From the NCBI GenBank assembly GCA_963664815.2, contig CAXXHB010000003.1:3808001-3872000 (forward strand): DNA of 64,000 nt. Reading direction: 5' to 3'. A model generated the notes under the pieces. It searched no databases. It was not told the DNA's origin and saw nothing but the letters and a program-made list of their open reading frames with translations. The translations under genes were made by a program, and so were the position numbers. The stretch's first letter is position 1, and each line of letters opens with the position of its first letter. The stretch is from Spirochaetota bacterium (lineage in GTDB: Bacteria; Spirochaetota; UBA4802; UBA5550). Positions 39,619 through 48,948 of the stretch are shown in pieces.

Positions 39619-41115
39619 ATGAAAAAAACGGTTATACAAAGATCAGCATTGGCAATAGCAGCAACATTAACCTCTTTAAATCTTTACGCTGCTCCCGTTA
39701 TAGATGACTCACTTATGAAAATTGTAAATACCGATGGTGATGAAACCTCATGCTCAATAACAGCCAACAGAAAATTTTTCATATTCGCGAGAAAACCAAA
39801 AGATAAAAATGACAGCGACCTGTTTTTTTCTGAATTTAAAGATGGAAAGTGGACTGAAGCCGTTGCAGCTACAGCCTTGAACAGTACATCGGACGAAATA
39901 TCACCATACATATCTCCCGATGGCACATATGTATTATTTTCCTCAAACAGGGAGGGGAGTTTAAAGAGCGACCAGGCGGAAAAACCTTCATACGATATAT
40001 ATTACTCTCAAAAAAAGGGGGGGGAGTGGGAAAAGCCGGTACTGCTTTTCGGAGTTGTAAACACTACTAATGATGAAATCAATCCTTCCGTCTCAAAAAA
40101 CGGCAAACTTCTTTACTTTACAAGATCTCTCTTTAATGACCCGCTGAAAACCACTGTTTATAAAGTAACAAAAAAGGACGATTTCTGGGGGGATCTGCAA
40201 ATCTGCAATATTTCAAACAATCCTGATATCATCACGTATATGTTCAGGAAATCATCCAGCAAACCGGGATCATATATCACAGGTTTCAAAAGAAATGACA
40301 CGGTAAACAGGGATATTTTTTATGTGAATAGTTCCGGTAATAAAATCAGCGAATTGGCCGGTAAAACAGGGCCTGTGAACACCTCAGGTGATGAAATCTC
40401 ATTTTGTGAATTAAGTAAAAATTCCATAATTGTTTCATCAAATGCTGCCGGGAGTTACGATTTTTCCATAAAAAAGATAACAGCCCTGATTAAACAGGAA
40501 CTGCCTGGCGCGATAATGGTAAAAGTCGACTCCGCTGATTATACAAATTCTGATGCAGTTAAACTCAATGTACTCTTTTTCTCATCATTAAAAAAAGACG
40601 CATGGCCTCTGAAATCTGAAATGCGGTCTCCCGACTCATCGGGGATGATAAGTATCACAACCGGCCCGGCCATTAAAAGAGTACTGGTTCTTCCCGGTGA
40701 TACAGGGATGAAATCATTTGCGATTGAATTTCTTGCTAAAAACAGCCACATCACTACTGCAACTGTAAAAATTGAACAGGCAGAAAAGAAAGAATTTACT
40801 TCAAGACCGGTATATTTCAGTTTTAATTCAACCGGAATAGAAACTGTGGATATCCCCTATCTTCATGAAGTGATTGATTATTTAAGGGAGAACCCCAATA
40901 TAAAACTATCCCTTACAGGGTATTCAGACGGAACAGGATCATATAAAACAAACCTGGATATAAGTCTGAAAAGAGCTGAAAAAATAAAAGAGTATATTGT
41001 AAACGCCGGAATCAGCAGGGACAGAATAGATGTTAAAGGTTTAGGTTATACCGAAGAAATGATTTCCGGCACATCACAGAATAATCGAAGAGTAGAATTC
41101 AGCATTATAAATTAA
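39619..41115 (+). CDS. OmpA-family peptidoglycan-binding protein with PD40 (TolB-like) repeats
   Basis: Signal peptide; PYISPDG...FSSNR; VYFSFNS, GYSDGTG...N...SLKRA, NRRVE; start inferred at MKKTV. Confidence 0.88.
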   Translation: MKKTVIQRSALAIAATLTSLNLYAAPVIDDSLMKIVNTDGDETSCSITANRKFFIFARKPKDKNDSDLFFSEFKDGKWTEAVAATALNSTSDEISPYISPDGTYVLFSSNREGSLKSDQAEKPSYDIYYSQKKGGEWEKPVLLFGVVNTTNDEINPSVSKNGKLLYFTRSLFNDPLKTTVYKVTKKDDFWGDLQICNISNNPDIITYMFRKSSSKPGSYITGFKRNDTVNRDIFYVNSSGNKISELAGKTGPVNTSGDEISFCELSKNSIIVSSNAAGSYDFSIKKITALIKQELPGAIMVKVDSADYTNSDAVKLNVLFFSSLKKDAWPLKSEMRSPDSSGMISITTGPAIKRVLVLPGDTGMKSFAIEFLAKNSHITTATVKIEQAEKKEFTSRPVYFSFNSTGIETVDIPYLHEVIDYLRENPNIKLSLTGYSDGTGSYKTNLDISLKRAEKIKEYIVNAGISRDRIDVKGLGYTEEMISGTSQNNRRVEFSIIN

Positions 41116-41134
41116 AAGGGGCAAAAGCCCCTTT
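41115..41134. terminator. Bidirectional terminator
   Basis: aaaggggc-aaaa-gccccttt between convergent genes. Confidence 0.75.
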
Positions 41135-41158
41135 ATAATTAAGTTAACGAAATAATTC

Positions 41159-41707
41159 TCACTTTTTGATTTTAGCTATTTCAGCATCAACAACAGAGAT
41201 AACCTGTCCGACAAGTGCGCTGCTTTCATCCTGGCTTTTAACCTTTTTAATGAATTTAACCTTGCCGTCTTTTCCTACAACAATGATGACACCCTGATCA
41301 TTACAGTTTCCAAGACCCCAGGCTCCCTGCAGGATCCTGTTATAATCGAGCAGAATTCTCGACTTCGGAAATGCAGCCTGCTTTTTTGCAGCGGCGGAGG
41401 TAATAAAACGATCCGGTTTAAATGGAGCATCTTTGCAGTTTGCCACACCTATACCAAGATATACAGACTGATCATAATTCTTTGCTTTCAAAGCGTTAGA
41501 TACAGGATCGGTAATATCCTTTACATCCACATCGTTATACTGAATTACAAGCACCTTCTGACCGAGAAATGGTATACCCTCATCTCCCCCCGAGGTATTT
41601 TTTATTGTGGCATTGGAGAGAACATCACCAGCCTGGACTGCGAACAAGCCAACAGTGCAAAACATAGCGGCAAAAACAAGAATCATTTTAAAATTTACTT
41701 TTTTCAT
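41159..41707 (-). CDS. YtfJ-family exported protein
   Basis: Signal peptide; FPKSRILLD...AWGL...IIVVGKDGKVKF. Confidence 0.75.
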   Translation of the reverse strand: MKKVNFKMILVFAAMFCTVGLFAVQAGDVLSNATIKNTSGGDEGIPFLGQKVLVIQYNDVDVKDITDPVSNALKAKNYDQSVYLGIGVANCKDAPFKPDRFITSAAAKKQAAFPKSRILLDYNRILQGAWGLGNCNDQGVIIVVGKDGKVKFIKKVKSQDESSALVGQVISVVDAEIAKIKK

Positions 41708-42048
41708 TCAACCCCCCAGTTTTATTTTAACTATTTCCGGCTTGGATCAAAAATCTGCCGTTTAATAATAAAAACTGCATTTAAAACAGATTTGATTTCA
41801 AATATTATACTGCAACTATACTTTATAAATATAATTACAATACTCACTTTAATTTAAACCTGCATTTAAAATGCATTATAAAATTATTTATGATGAATAT
41901 TATAAAATGTCAAGCTTTATAAACCGTATGGACGGATTAATTATACATCATTTTGGATTGACTTTTTCACGTAAATATTTGAGTATTTATAATCCGGGGT
42001 ATACACTTATAACCCCGGTCAGAACATATTATTAATAGAAGGTAAACA

Positions 42049-42816
42049 ATGGACTATAAAACAATTCAGACAGAAGTACTTGAACCGGGGATTATGCAGC
42101 TTGCACTTAACAGGCCGGACAACTATAACGCCGTCTCCTACCTTATGATGGAGGAGCTGGAACATTTCTGGAGAGAAAGGCTCTATGATCTTGGTACAGT
42201 AATAGTAATACTTAAGGGAAACGGCGAAAAAGGTTTCTGTGCAGGTCTTGATATGAAAGAATCCATGGAAAAGGCCCCAAAAATGGGCACAGATGAATTT
42301 TATGCATTCCAGGCGAGACTTGCCAGAATCAACATGCATATGAGAAGGGCTCCCCAGCCTATCATCGCCGAAGTTCACGGCGCGGCATCGGGACAGGGTT
42401 TCAGTTTTGTTCTTTCATCCGACATCAGGATTATAAGCAAAGACGCGAAGTTCAACGCGGCATATATCAATATAGGTCTTGGTGGTGCAGACATGGCATG
42501 CAGTTACCTTCTGCCTAGAATGATCGGCGCGGGAAGGGCTTACGAGTTTATGTACACCGGCAAGTTTATGACATCAGAAGAGGCCTGGAATCTCGGACTT
42601 GTAACACGAGTTGTTGAAAAGGAAAAGCTCCATGAAACAGCCATGGAATTCGCCAAAATTATGATGACCAAGAATCATATGGCTCTGCGTCTCACAAAAG
42701 AGGCTATTAATATGAATATTGATGCCGGAGGGATGGAACAGGCTCTGAATATTGAAGACAGAAATCAGACTCTTCTTGCAATGGGAGCGGCATTGAAAAT
42801 GAATAAAACGAAGTAA
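42049..42816 (+). CDS. Enoyl-CoA hydratase/isomerase family protein
   Basis: LNRPDNYNA, FCAGLD, PIIAEVHG, GLVTRVV. Confidence 0.9.
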   Translation: MDYKTIQTEVLEPGIMQLALNRPDNYNAVSYLMMEELEHFWRERLYDLGTVIVILKGNGEKGFCAGLDMKESMEKAPKMGTDEFYAFQARLARINMHMRRAPQPIIAEVHGAASGQGFSFVLSSDIRIISKDAKFNAAYINIGLGGADMACSYLLPRMIGAGRAYEFMYTGKFMTSEEAWNLGLVTRVVEKEKLHETAMEFAKIMMTKNHMALRLTKEAINMNIDAGGMEQALNIEDRNQTLLAMGAALKMNKTK

Positions 42817-42830
42817 GAATAAAACGAAGC

Positions 42831-42862
42831 AAAAAAAAGGGCTGCCCCTCCGGGACAGCCCT
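42831..42862 (-). terminator. Intrinsic terminator
   Basis: aaaaaaaagggctg-N-cagccct; U-tract on the minus strand. Confidence 0.75.
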
Positions 42863-42882
42863 GCAGTCAGTAATAAATATAT

Positions 42883-43920
42883 CTACTTGATCATTCCTGT
42901 CACTTTAGTATTAGTCGCCTGCGCTTCTTTAACAATTCTTTCAATTGTCTCCTTAACGGTAGGCATATCATGTATTAAACCGCAGCATTGTCCTATAAGT
43001 TCAACGCCTTTTTTATCCCAGTCACCCTGCTCTGTTGCTGCCTGTATTTTACCGAATGCAGTAGCCATATGAGCAAGCGTCATCATCTTATCCGGCTGTG
43101 CAAGCATGCCGAGCATAACTTTCATTAAAGGAAGATCCATTGATTTTGCGATAGAGGGCCCGACAAGAGCTGCTCTGAAAAGGTTCATCCCGTTTTTGAT
43201 TGATTTTTCGGATGATTTTGATTTAAGAACACGGCACCATAATCCGTCAAAACGGTCTGAATAGAGTGTGTCCTCTATACCCGCATCGAGGTGCGCCTGC
43301 TTTGTTCTTTCATGGACAGGGCTTTCTTTTGTTGTAGCAAGCCTTGTACCCATAGCAACTGCATCAGCACCAAGCGCAAGCGCAGCAGCAAGTCCCTGGC
43401 CTGTGGCGAATCCGCCCGAAGCAACTATTGGAAGATCGAATTTTTCTCTTATCGCAGGAATTAAACAGAGATTCGCAACTTTCCCGCCGTGAGCTGCAGC
43501 TTCATAACCTGTAACCTGAAGGGCATCAACTCCCCCTTTTACTGCCGCATTAGCATGTTTTTCCCCGATTACTGTCTGAATTACTTTCCCGCCGTATTTA
43601 TGAACCCTCTTTACTATATCATCCGGTTTTCCAAGAGATACGTTTATTACCGGAACCTGCATATCTATAAGGACTTCAAGGTTTTCTTTCGCGCCCGGCA
43701 TAAGAAGAGTCGCTCCCGCGCCGAAAGGCTTCTTTGTAAGCTCCCTTATTTTTTTGATGGAGGCTTCGGTCTGTTTTGTTGAAAGAGGGCCCGTAGCAAG
43801 CCAACCGATACCACCGGCATTACAAACTGCGGCAACAAGTTCCGGCGTACTGATCCAGCTCATTCCAGGCAGTACTATTGGATACTTAATCCCGAAAAGT
43901 TCAGTTATTCTGGTTTTCAT
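42883..43920 (-). CDS. Nitronate monooxygenase / FabK-like flavoprotein
   Basis: KYPIVLPGM, GYEAAAHGG, ASGGF, GADAVAMGTR. Confidence 0.88.
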   Translation of the reverse strand: MKTRITELFGIKYPIVLPGMSWISTPELVAAVCNAGGIGWLATGPLSTKQTEASIKKIRELTKKPFGAGATLLMPGAKENLEVLIDMQVPVINVSLGKPDDIVKRVHKYGGKVIQTVIGEKHANAAVKGGVDALQVTGYEAAAHGGKVANLCLIPAIREKFDLPIVASGGFATGQGLAAALALGADAVAMGTRLATTKESPVHERTKQAHLDAGIEDTLYSDRFDGLWCRVLKSKSSEKSIKNGMNLFRAALVGPSIAKSMDLPLMKVMLGMLAQPDKMMTLAHMATAFGKIQAATEQGDWDKKGVELIGQCCGLIHDMPTVKETIERIVKEAQATNTKVTGMIK

Positions 43921-43941
43921 TAATATACTCCTTTTTTATTT

Positions 43942-44490
43942 TTATTCAAATTGGTTGTTTATAAACTCTACCGCTTCTTCACACCACTTAACGCGGGCTG
44001 TTTCATAGCTTATTCCGCTTCGAAGATTCAGATAGCGATATTTTCCCTTATCCGGCAGAGACTTTACATCAAAAAAATACTTTTTTTCATATTCCCGGTA
44101 AACCCTGAGTTTCTCTTCATGTATACTTTTAAGCTGTTCCACCTCTTCAAGCAGAACCTCTTTGGGAACAAGGAACCCGACAAACATCTTTACCAGAATA
44201 TCTTCCTTTATTGGAGTAGGTTCAGAGGGCTGCACTATCCATTTAATCAGATAAGATTGCCCCGACTCGGTAACACAGTATATCTTCTTATCCGGCCGGT
44301 CCTTCTGTTTAATCAACTCCGACGTCACCAGTTTCTCATGTTCAAGCCTGGCAAGCTCCCTGTATATCTGCTGATGTGTGGTTTTCCAGTAAAAACCCAC
44401 AGAACTGTTAAATTCTTTGGCAAGGTCATAACCGCTGCACGGCTTTCCTCTTCCCACCAGCGTTGCAAGTATGGAGTGTGACAGTGCCAT
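43942..44490 (-). CDS. PadR-family transcriptional regulator
   Basis: SGYDL...FYWKTTHQQIYRELARL, RPDKKIY. Confidence 0.92.
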   Translation of the reverse strand: MALSHSILATLVGRGKPCSGYDLAKEFNSSVGFYWKTTHQQIYRELARLEHEKLVTSELIKQKDRPDKKIYCVTESGQSYLIKWIVQPSEPTPIKEDILVKMFVGFLVPKEVLLEEVEQLKSIHEEKLRVYREYEKKYFFDVKSLPDKGKYRYLNLRSGISYETARVKWCEEAVEFINNQFE

Positions 44491-44558
44491 AGATTATATT
44501 AATTCAGCGCCTGTTTTACAGACACTCTCCTGTTTCACAATTTTATAAAATAGTCAGG

Positions 44559-44576
44559 TATTCAACTTGTTGCATA
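44559..44576. promoter_or_regulatory. Probable PadR operator
   Basis: Near-palindrome TATTCAAC-TT-GTTGCATA between TTGACA (minus strand, 44598-44603) and the padR start. Confidence 0.55.
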
Positions 44577-44728
44577 TCTATGAATATATCATGATAATGT
44601 CAAGAAATATTATAGTTTTTTTGAAAGGGCATTCAACAACTAACGCTGCAACAAAGGCTCAGTGCAGAAAGCACAATTAATGGATATTGTCACCCCTGAA
44701 TCAGGGATTGTTCAGGATACGCAGAATA

Positions 44729-44920
44729 TCATCGGAAACGACGTCTGACCGGCGCAGAAATATCTTTCTGGCTGCCGAAGAGGTTGGCCAGTTCCTTTCT
44801 TTTATGGAGTGCGATAATTTCTTTGAGCCCTGTTTCGATGGCTTCAGTCTTGGTTTTTGCTCCTGAGATTTTCATCGCCTCATTAAGAAGTTCATCATCT
44901 ATATTAATGGTTGTTTTCAT
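44729..44920 (-). CDS. vapB: VapB-family antitoxin (DUF2191-like), orphan
   Basis: MKTTINIDDELLNEAMKISGAKTKTEAIETGL; no intact vapC downstream. Confidence 0.82.
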   Translation of the reverse strand: MKTTINIDDELLNEAMKISGAKTKTEAIETGLKEIIALHKRKELANLFGSQKDISAPVRRRFR

Positions 44921-44955
44921 ATGTATAAAATATACATCCTGATACATATTGTCAA
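44921..44955 (-). promoter_or_regulatory. Leaderless-type promoter and operator of vapB
   Basis: TTGACA-N17-TATTTT-N6-ATG; ATGTATA-AAA-TATACAT palindrome over the -10 element. Confidence 0.6.
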
Positions 44956-45185
44956 GCATTCCTGATAAAGAGGAGTTAGAATTTTATAAAGGTATTTGCA
45001 GTTTCAGTAACCGGAACTGCACAGCCCCCGCACACCCGATGGGGCAAAGCAGTTTCATCATCCGATCCTGAAATTTTTTAAAAATTCTGCTTGATCCATG
45101 TCATTTGCTTTTCCGGACTGGTTATATGGAGACATAAATCTCTATATAACGATAAAAAATAATAATAAATAAGGAGCGTAAATCT

Positions 45186-45725
45186 ATGGCAAAAGTAAAG
45201 CTTCATCCCTATTTAAGAACTGCGCATGGAGGCCTGGATGATCTTGTGCTTTACAGACGATATGGAAAGATCTACATTAAAAGGCGTACAATCCCCTCGA
45301 ATCCCCGAACAGAACCGCAGGTGAAATGCAGGGGTAATTTCGGCGGCAGCGTTAAGGCATGGCAGGTGCTTCCGGAGGAGGAGAAGGCCATTTACAGAGC
45401 CAGGGCAAAGAGGAAGAAAAAGTCGGGGTATAGCCTCTTTATGTCTGAATACCTTCGCGGGATTGCACCCGGTTCACCTGTAACTCCATCAGGAAACGGC
45501 ATAACAGGGGATGCTGCGGTTGTATCTGCTTCAGGTGAAGTTACAGAATATACCTGTTATTATTCCAAAAACAGCAGATCAGCAGATAGGGAGAAAAATA
45601 TTAATGCAGAAAAAAACAGAGAGGCATCTGTTAAGACAGTACTTAAGCAGTATGAAGACCCTGTTAAAAACCGTTTCAATACCGTTTCAACACCGTTACT
45701 GACAGAGAAAAACGCGCGTTTATAG
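45186..45725 (+). CDS. Basic hypothetical protein (DUF6266-like N-terminus, HMG-box-like motifs)
   Basis: RBS aaggag; LVLYRRYGKIY...PSNPRTEPQ...R..F...W..L..EEK..Y...A...SGYSLFM. Confidence 0.7.
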   Translation: MAKVKLHPYLRTAHGGLDDLVLYRRYGKIYIKRRTIPSNPRTEPQVKCRGNFGGSVKAWQVLPEEEKAIYRARAKRKKKSGYSLFMSEYLRGIAPGSPVTPSGNGITGDAAVVSASGEVTEYTCYYSKNSRSADREKNINAEKNREASVKTVLKQYEDPVKNRFNTVSTPLLTEKNARL

Positions 45726-46093
45726 CTGTAAATAAGGTGTTTGAGGCGTAATTGAAACAAAATTGAAGCGAAACTGAATACTCTGTAAACAGATTGTGAT
45801 ATTTGTCATAAATCTTCCGTGGTATTGATCATAAATCTGTTGATGCACAGCGTGGAGTACGCTGGTGTACAATACCTCTATCCGCAGGAAATCCCGACAA
45901 TCCTTTAATCCTGTAATCGTGTTCAGGATTATAAATATAACAGGATTAAGCACGGACTGCTTCCTCCATAGTGATCCCTACGATAAAAATTCCCCGTATA
46001 ATTAAATTATTATACCTGATAATAGATTCTTGACATAAATCAGATTTTTTATATTAATTTGCTACTGTCTGATTTATAAAAGGAGTACTGACA

Positions 46094-46942
46094 TTGAATA
46101 AACTGCTGATTGCTCCAAGAGGATTATATACTCCTGAACTGGAAAAGAAAATTCTGAAGTTTAAAAATTTCACAGCATTTGCATCCTGTACAAATGTATA
46201 TGATACCGGCATAAAAGGATCAATGTTTCTGGAGGATCATCTCCTCCTTGTGGTTTTAGACGGCAGATATACCGTAAAACATAATGAACAAAGCTATACC
46301 GTAAATAAAAACGAAATGGTACTCCTGAGAAAGGCTATTCCAATAGAATATGAAAAATCGGGAGATTTCATGCTTTTTTTTCTGAATGATAATTTTTTAA
46401 AGGATTTTATTCAGGGCATAAAGGTTTATGAGAAACCTGAAGATGAGCTTGTTCCTGTTTCAGTAATCACAGCGGACAAAAGACTGCTGGGTTTTGTTGA
46501 ATCTCTTAAACCCCTTATGAATGAAAAGAAATCAGTAGATGAAAATCTCATTAAGCTCAAGATGTTTGAGCTGCTTTATGATTTAGGCAATATAAACAGG
46601 AATCTTCTGCTGCAGCTGCTGCAGTTAAACCAGCAGACACGGCAGAATCTGGACTACGTGCTTGAAAATAACTATATGAATCCGGTATCACTGGAAGACC
46701 TTGCATACCTCTCCGGCAGAAGCCTCTCCGGTTTTAAAAGAGAATTCAGCAGTAAATACAATATGCCACCATCCCGTTGGATACGGGAAAGACGCCTTAC
46801 CAGGGCAATGGAGCTTCTTACAACAACTGAAATAACCATTACAGATATCTGCTTTTCATTAGGATTTGAAAATGTTTCACATTTCTCAAGGTTATTTAAA
46901 GAACATTACGGGCATTCGCCCTCTTCTTACAGGAAAGATTAA
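46094..46942 (+). CDS. AraC-family (ExsA-like) transcriptional regulator
   Basis: LAYLSGRSLSGFKREF, GFENVSHFSRLFKEHYG; TTG start with RBS aggag. Confidence 0.92.
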   Translation: MNKLLIAPRGLYTPELEKKILKFKNFTAFASCTNVYDTGIKGSMFLEDHLLLVVLDGRYTVKHNEQSYTVNKNEMVLLRKAIPIEYEKSGDFMLFFLNDNFLKDFIQGIKVYEKPEDELVPVSVITADKRLLGFVESLKPLMNEKKSVDENLIKLKMFELLYDLGNINRNLLLQLLQLNQQTRQNLDYVLENNYMNPVSLEDLAYLSGRSLSGFKREFSSKYNMPPSRWIRERRLTRAMELLTTTEITITDICFSLGFENVSHFSRLFKEHYGHSPSSYRKD

Positions 46943-47194
46943 ATTTACAGTCTCACTTCAGTAAAATTCCTATGATATCAATAATCAATTTTTTGAACAT
47001 TTTGAACATAAAGAACAGTATGATATTTTAGCGAGACTCCAATCTGGCCGGGTTTATTTTCGGTTGACATTTTATAACATTAAACTATATTAATTTAATA
47101 TTACGCTTCAACCGTTTCAGATAACCGGCAATCATTAGTAAAGATTCATCTGAACTTTAATACAAACGTGAAAATAAAAAAAGAATAATATTAT

Positions 47195-48121
47195 ATGGAA
47201 ACTAAAAGCAAAGTTCCGGCAGACCTTGCGCATGATATGATAAAAAACATCCGCATACTTGCATTGAACGGGAAAACACCTTTCAGAAAATATCTGTATG
47301 ACCCTCTTTTTGAAGCGGGCTGGAGTAATGATGACAACAGACAGGATATTCATAAACTGATTGAACGCCTCAAAGAGGAATCCTCCAATCCATCACTTTT
47401 TGATACAATAGCTCCACGCTGCAAAAGAGTTATATGTTATTCCATGAAAGAAAAATTATCCGTACTGGGAAACAGTTCAATATTTTTCCTTGAGAAAATT
47501 CAGGCTAATGCGCGTGTCGCGGCAAGCCCGGAATCAGTCGAATTTGCAGGAATAATTGCTCCCCCGCTGAATGAATTTAACGGACTGAACAGCGAAAAAA
47601 ATGAAAAGCTGTTTCTCGAGGCAGTTAACACAGCCGAAGTTGCCGAAATATTAACCGCATTAGAGCCTGTAAAACTCGGCAGCAGCCCTGAGAAAGTGAA
47701 GCTTGATGACGAAATAAAAAGGCTTTATGACAATATCCAGATTGCCAGCAGTTATCATAACATCCCCAAATGCCGCAGGCTTCTCTCCTCATACATAATC
47801 CATTACAGCGATAAAGAGGACTATTCCAGAAGCGATGTCGAAAAACTTATTGAAGCCCTTGCCAAACGGGAACCTGGATTTGAGAGTGATCTGAAAAACA
47901 CAATTGCCATTGATCTTTATTACAGGATTACACAATCCGTTCATGGCGGAGACATTAAAACAACAATCCAGGGGATCAGAAAATACGGCTACATATTCGA
48001 AGGGGATTCAGCATCAAAACATTTTTATGACATTGACAGGCTTGAGCGGATACTCTATAAAATAATTTCTGAAAAAAACCTGTGGAAAGAACTGAAAAAA
48101 GATTACCGGGGGATATCATGA
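47195..48121 (+). CDS. Hypothetical helical protein, first gene of a partner-switching operon
   Basis: 308-aa ORF; ATGA overlap with the STAS gene. Confidence 0.75.
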   Translation: METKSKVPADLAHDMIKNIRILALNGKTPFRKYLYDPLFEAGWSNDDNRQDIHKLIERLKEESSNPSLFDTIAPRCKRVICYSMKEKLSVLGNSSIFFLEKIQANARVAASPESVEFAGIIAPPLNEFNGLNSEKNEKLFLEAVNTAEVAEILTALEPVKLGSSPEKVKLDDEIKRLYDNIQIASSYHNIPKCRRLLSSYIIHYSDKEDYSRSDVEKLIEALAKREPGFESDLKNTIAIDLYYRITQSVHGGDIKTTIQGIRKYGYIFEGDSASKHFYDIDRLERILYKIISEKNLWKELKKDYRGIS

Positions 48122-48474
48122 ATGAAGCATTATTAAAAATCAGCGAGTCAGTCAGTGACGGTGTATGTATTATATCACCTTCAGGAGATATCGACGCTCA
48201 TACAGCACCCCTGTTCAAAGAGGCAATTGAAAAAAATATCTCATCAGGCAATATACGAATTGTTTTCAACTTCTCATCACTGAATTATATATCCTCGGCA
48301 GGTATAGGATTGCTGAATGCTGCCCTGAACACACTCAAAGGGAAGGGGGGAAAAATGTCAATTGCCTGCGCCAGCCCGGCAATACTCGATACACTTGATG
48401 TCATGTATTTCACAAAAAAAGTCCCTGCCAGAATGGATTTACAATCGGCAGTTACGGAGGTCAAATCGGCCTGA
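48118..48474 (+). CDS. STAS anti-anti-sigma factor (RsbV-like)
   Basis: GDIDAHTAP, YISSAGIG. Confidence 0.88.
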   Translation: MNEALLKISESVSDGVCIISPSGDIDAHTAPLFKEAIEKNISSGNIRIVFNFSSLNYISSAGIGLLNAALNTLKGKGGKMSIACASPAILDTLDVMYFTKKVPARMDLQSAVTEVKSA

Positions 48475-48476
48475 CT

Positions 48477-48899
48477 TTGAAAAAAAACACAATCACAATA
48501 AAGGCCAGCACATCCGAGCTGTGCAGCGTAAGGGATTCTGTAAAAGCTTTTATCGGTAACGGTCTGGATACGCGTGAAACCGGACAGGTGGTGCTCGCAA
48601 TTGATGAGGCATTATCAAATATAATCATTCATGGATATAAGTGCGACGATTCAGGCACCGTAAAAATAGAGATGGAGTCTGACAGATCATCATTCAGGTT
48701 TGTTATTTCCGACTTTGCGCCGGCATTTAATCCGCTTGATATACCCCCTCCTGACATTGATGAATACTTCAATTCCGGGAGTTCCGGCGGGCTCGGTGTG
48801 GACATTTTTAAAAAATCAATGGAAGTATATTATGAAAAAAATGAAACTTGCGGAAACCGGCTCATCATGGTTAAACAGAGGGAAAAACAGCATAATTAA
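48477..48899 (+). CDS. RsbW-like anti-sigma/serine kinase
   Basis: LAIDEALSNIIIHGY, FNPL, GGLGV, GNRL. Confidence 0.88.
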   Translation: MKKNTITIKASTSELCSVRDSVKAFIGNGLDTRETGQVVLAIDEALSNIIIHGYKCDDSGTVKIEMESDRSSFRFVISDFAPAFNPLDIPPPDIDEYFNSGSSGGLGVDIFKKSMEVYYEKNETCGNRLIMVKQREKQHN

Positions 48900-48948
48900 C
48901 TTCAGCCCTGCCGGATTTATCCGGAAGAGGCCCTTACTACGCAGAATC

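Noticed and set aside
45880-45960. aatcctg/caggatt short repeats and the 77-aa minus-strand ORF
   Set aside because: Too short and degenerate to define an element; the ORF has no RBS or motifs
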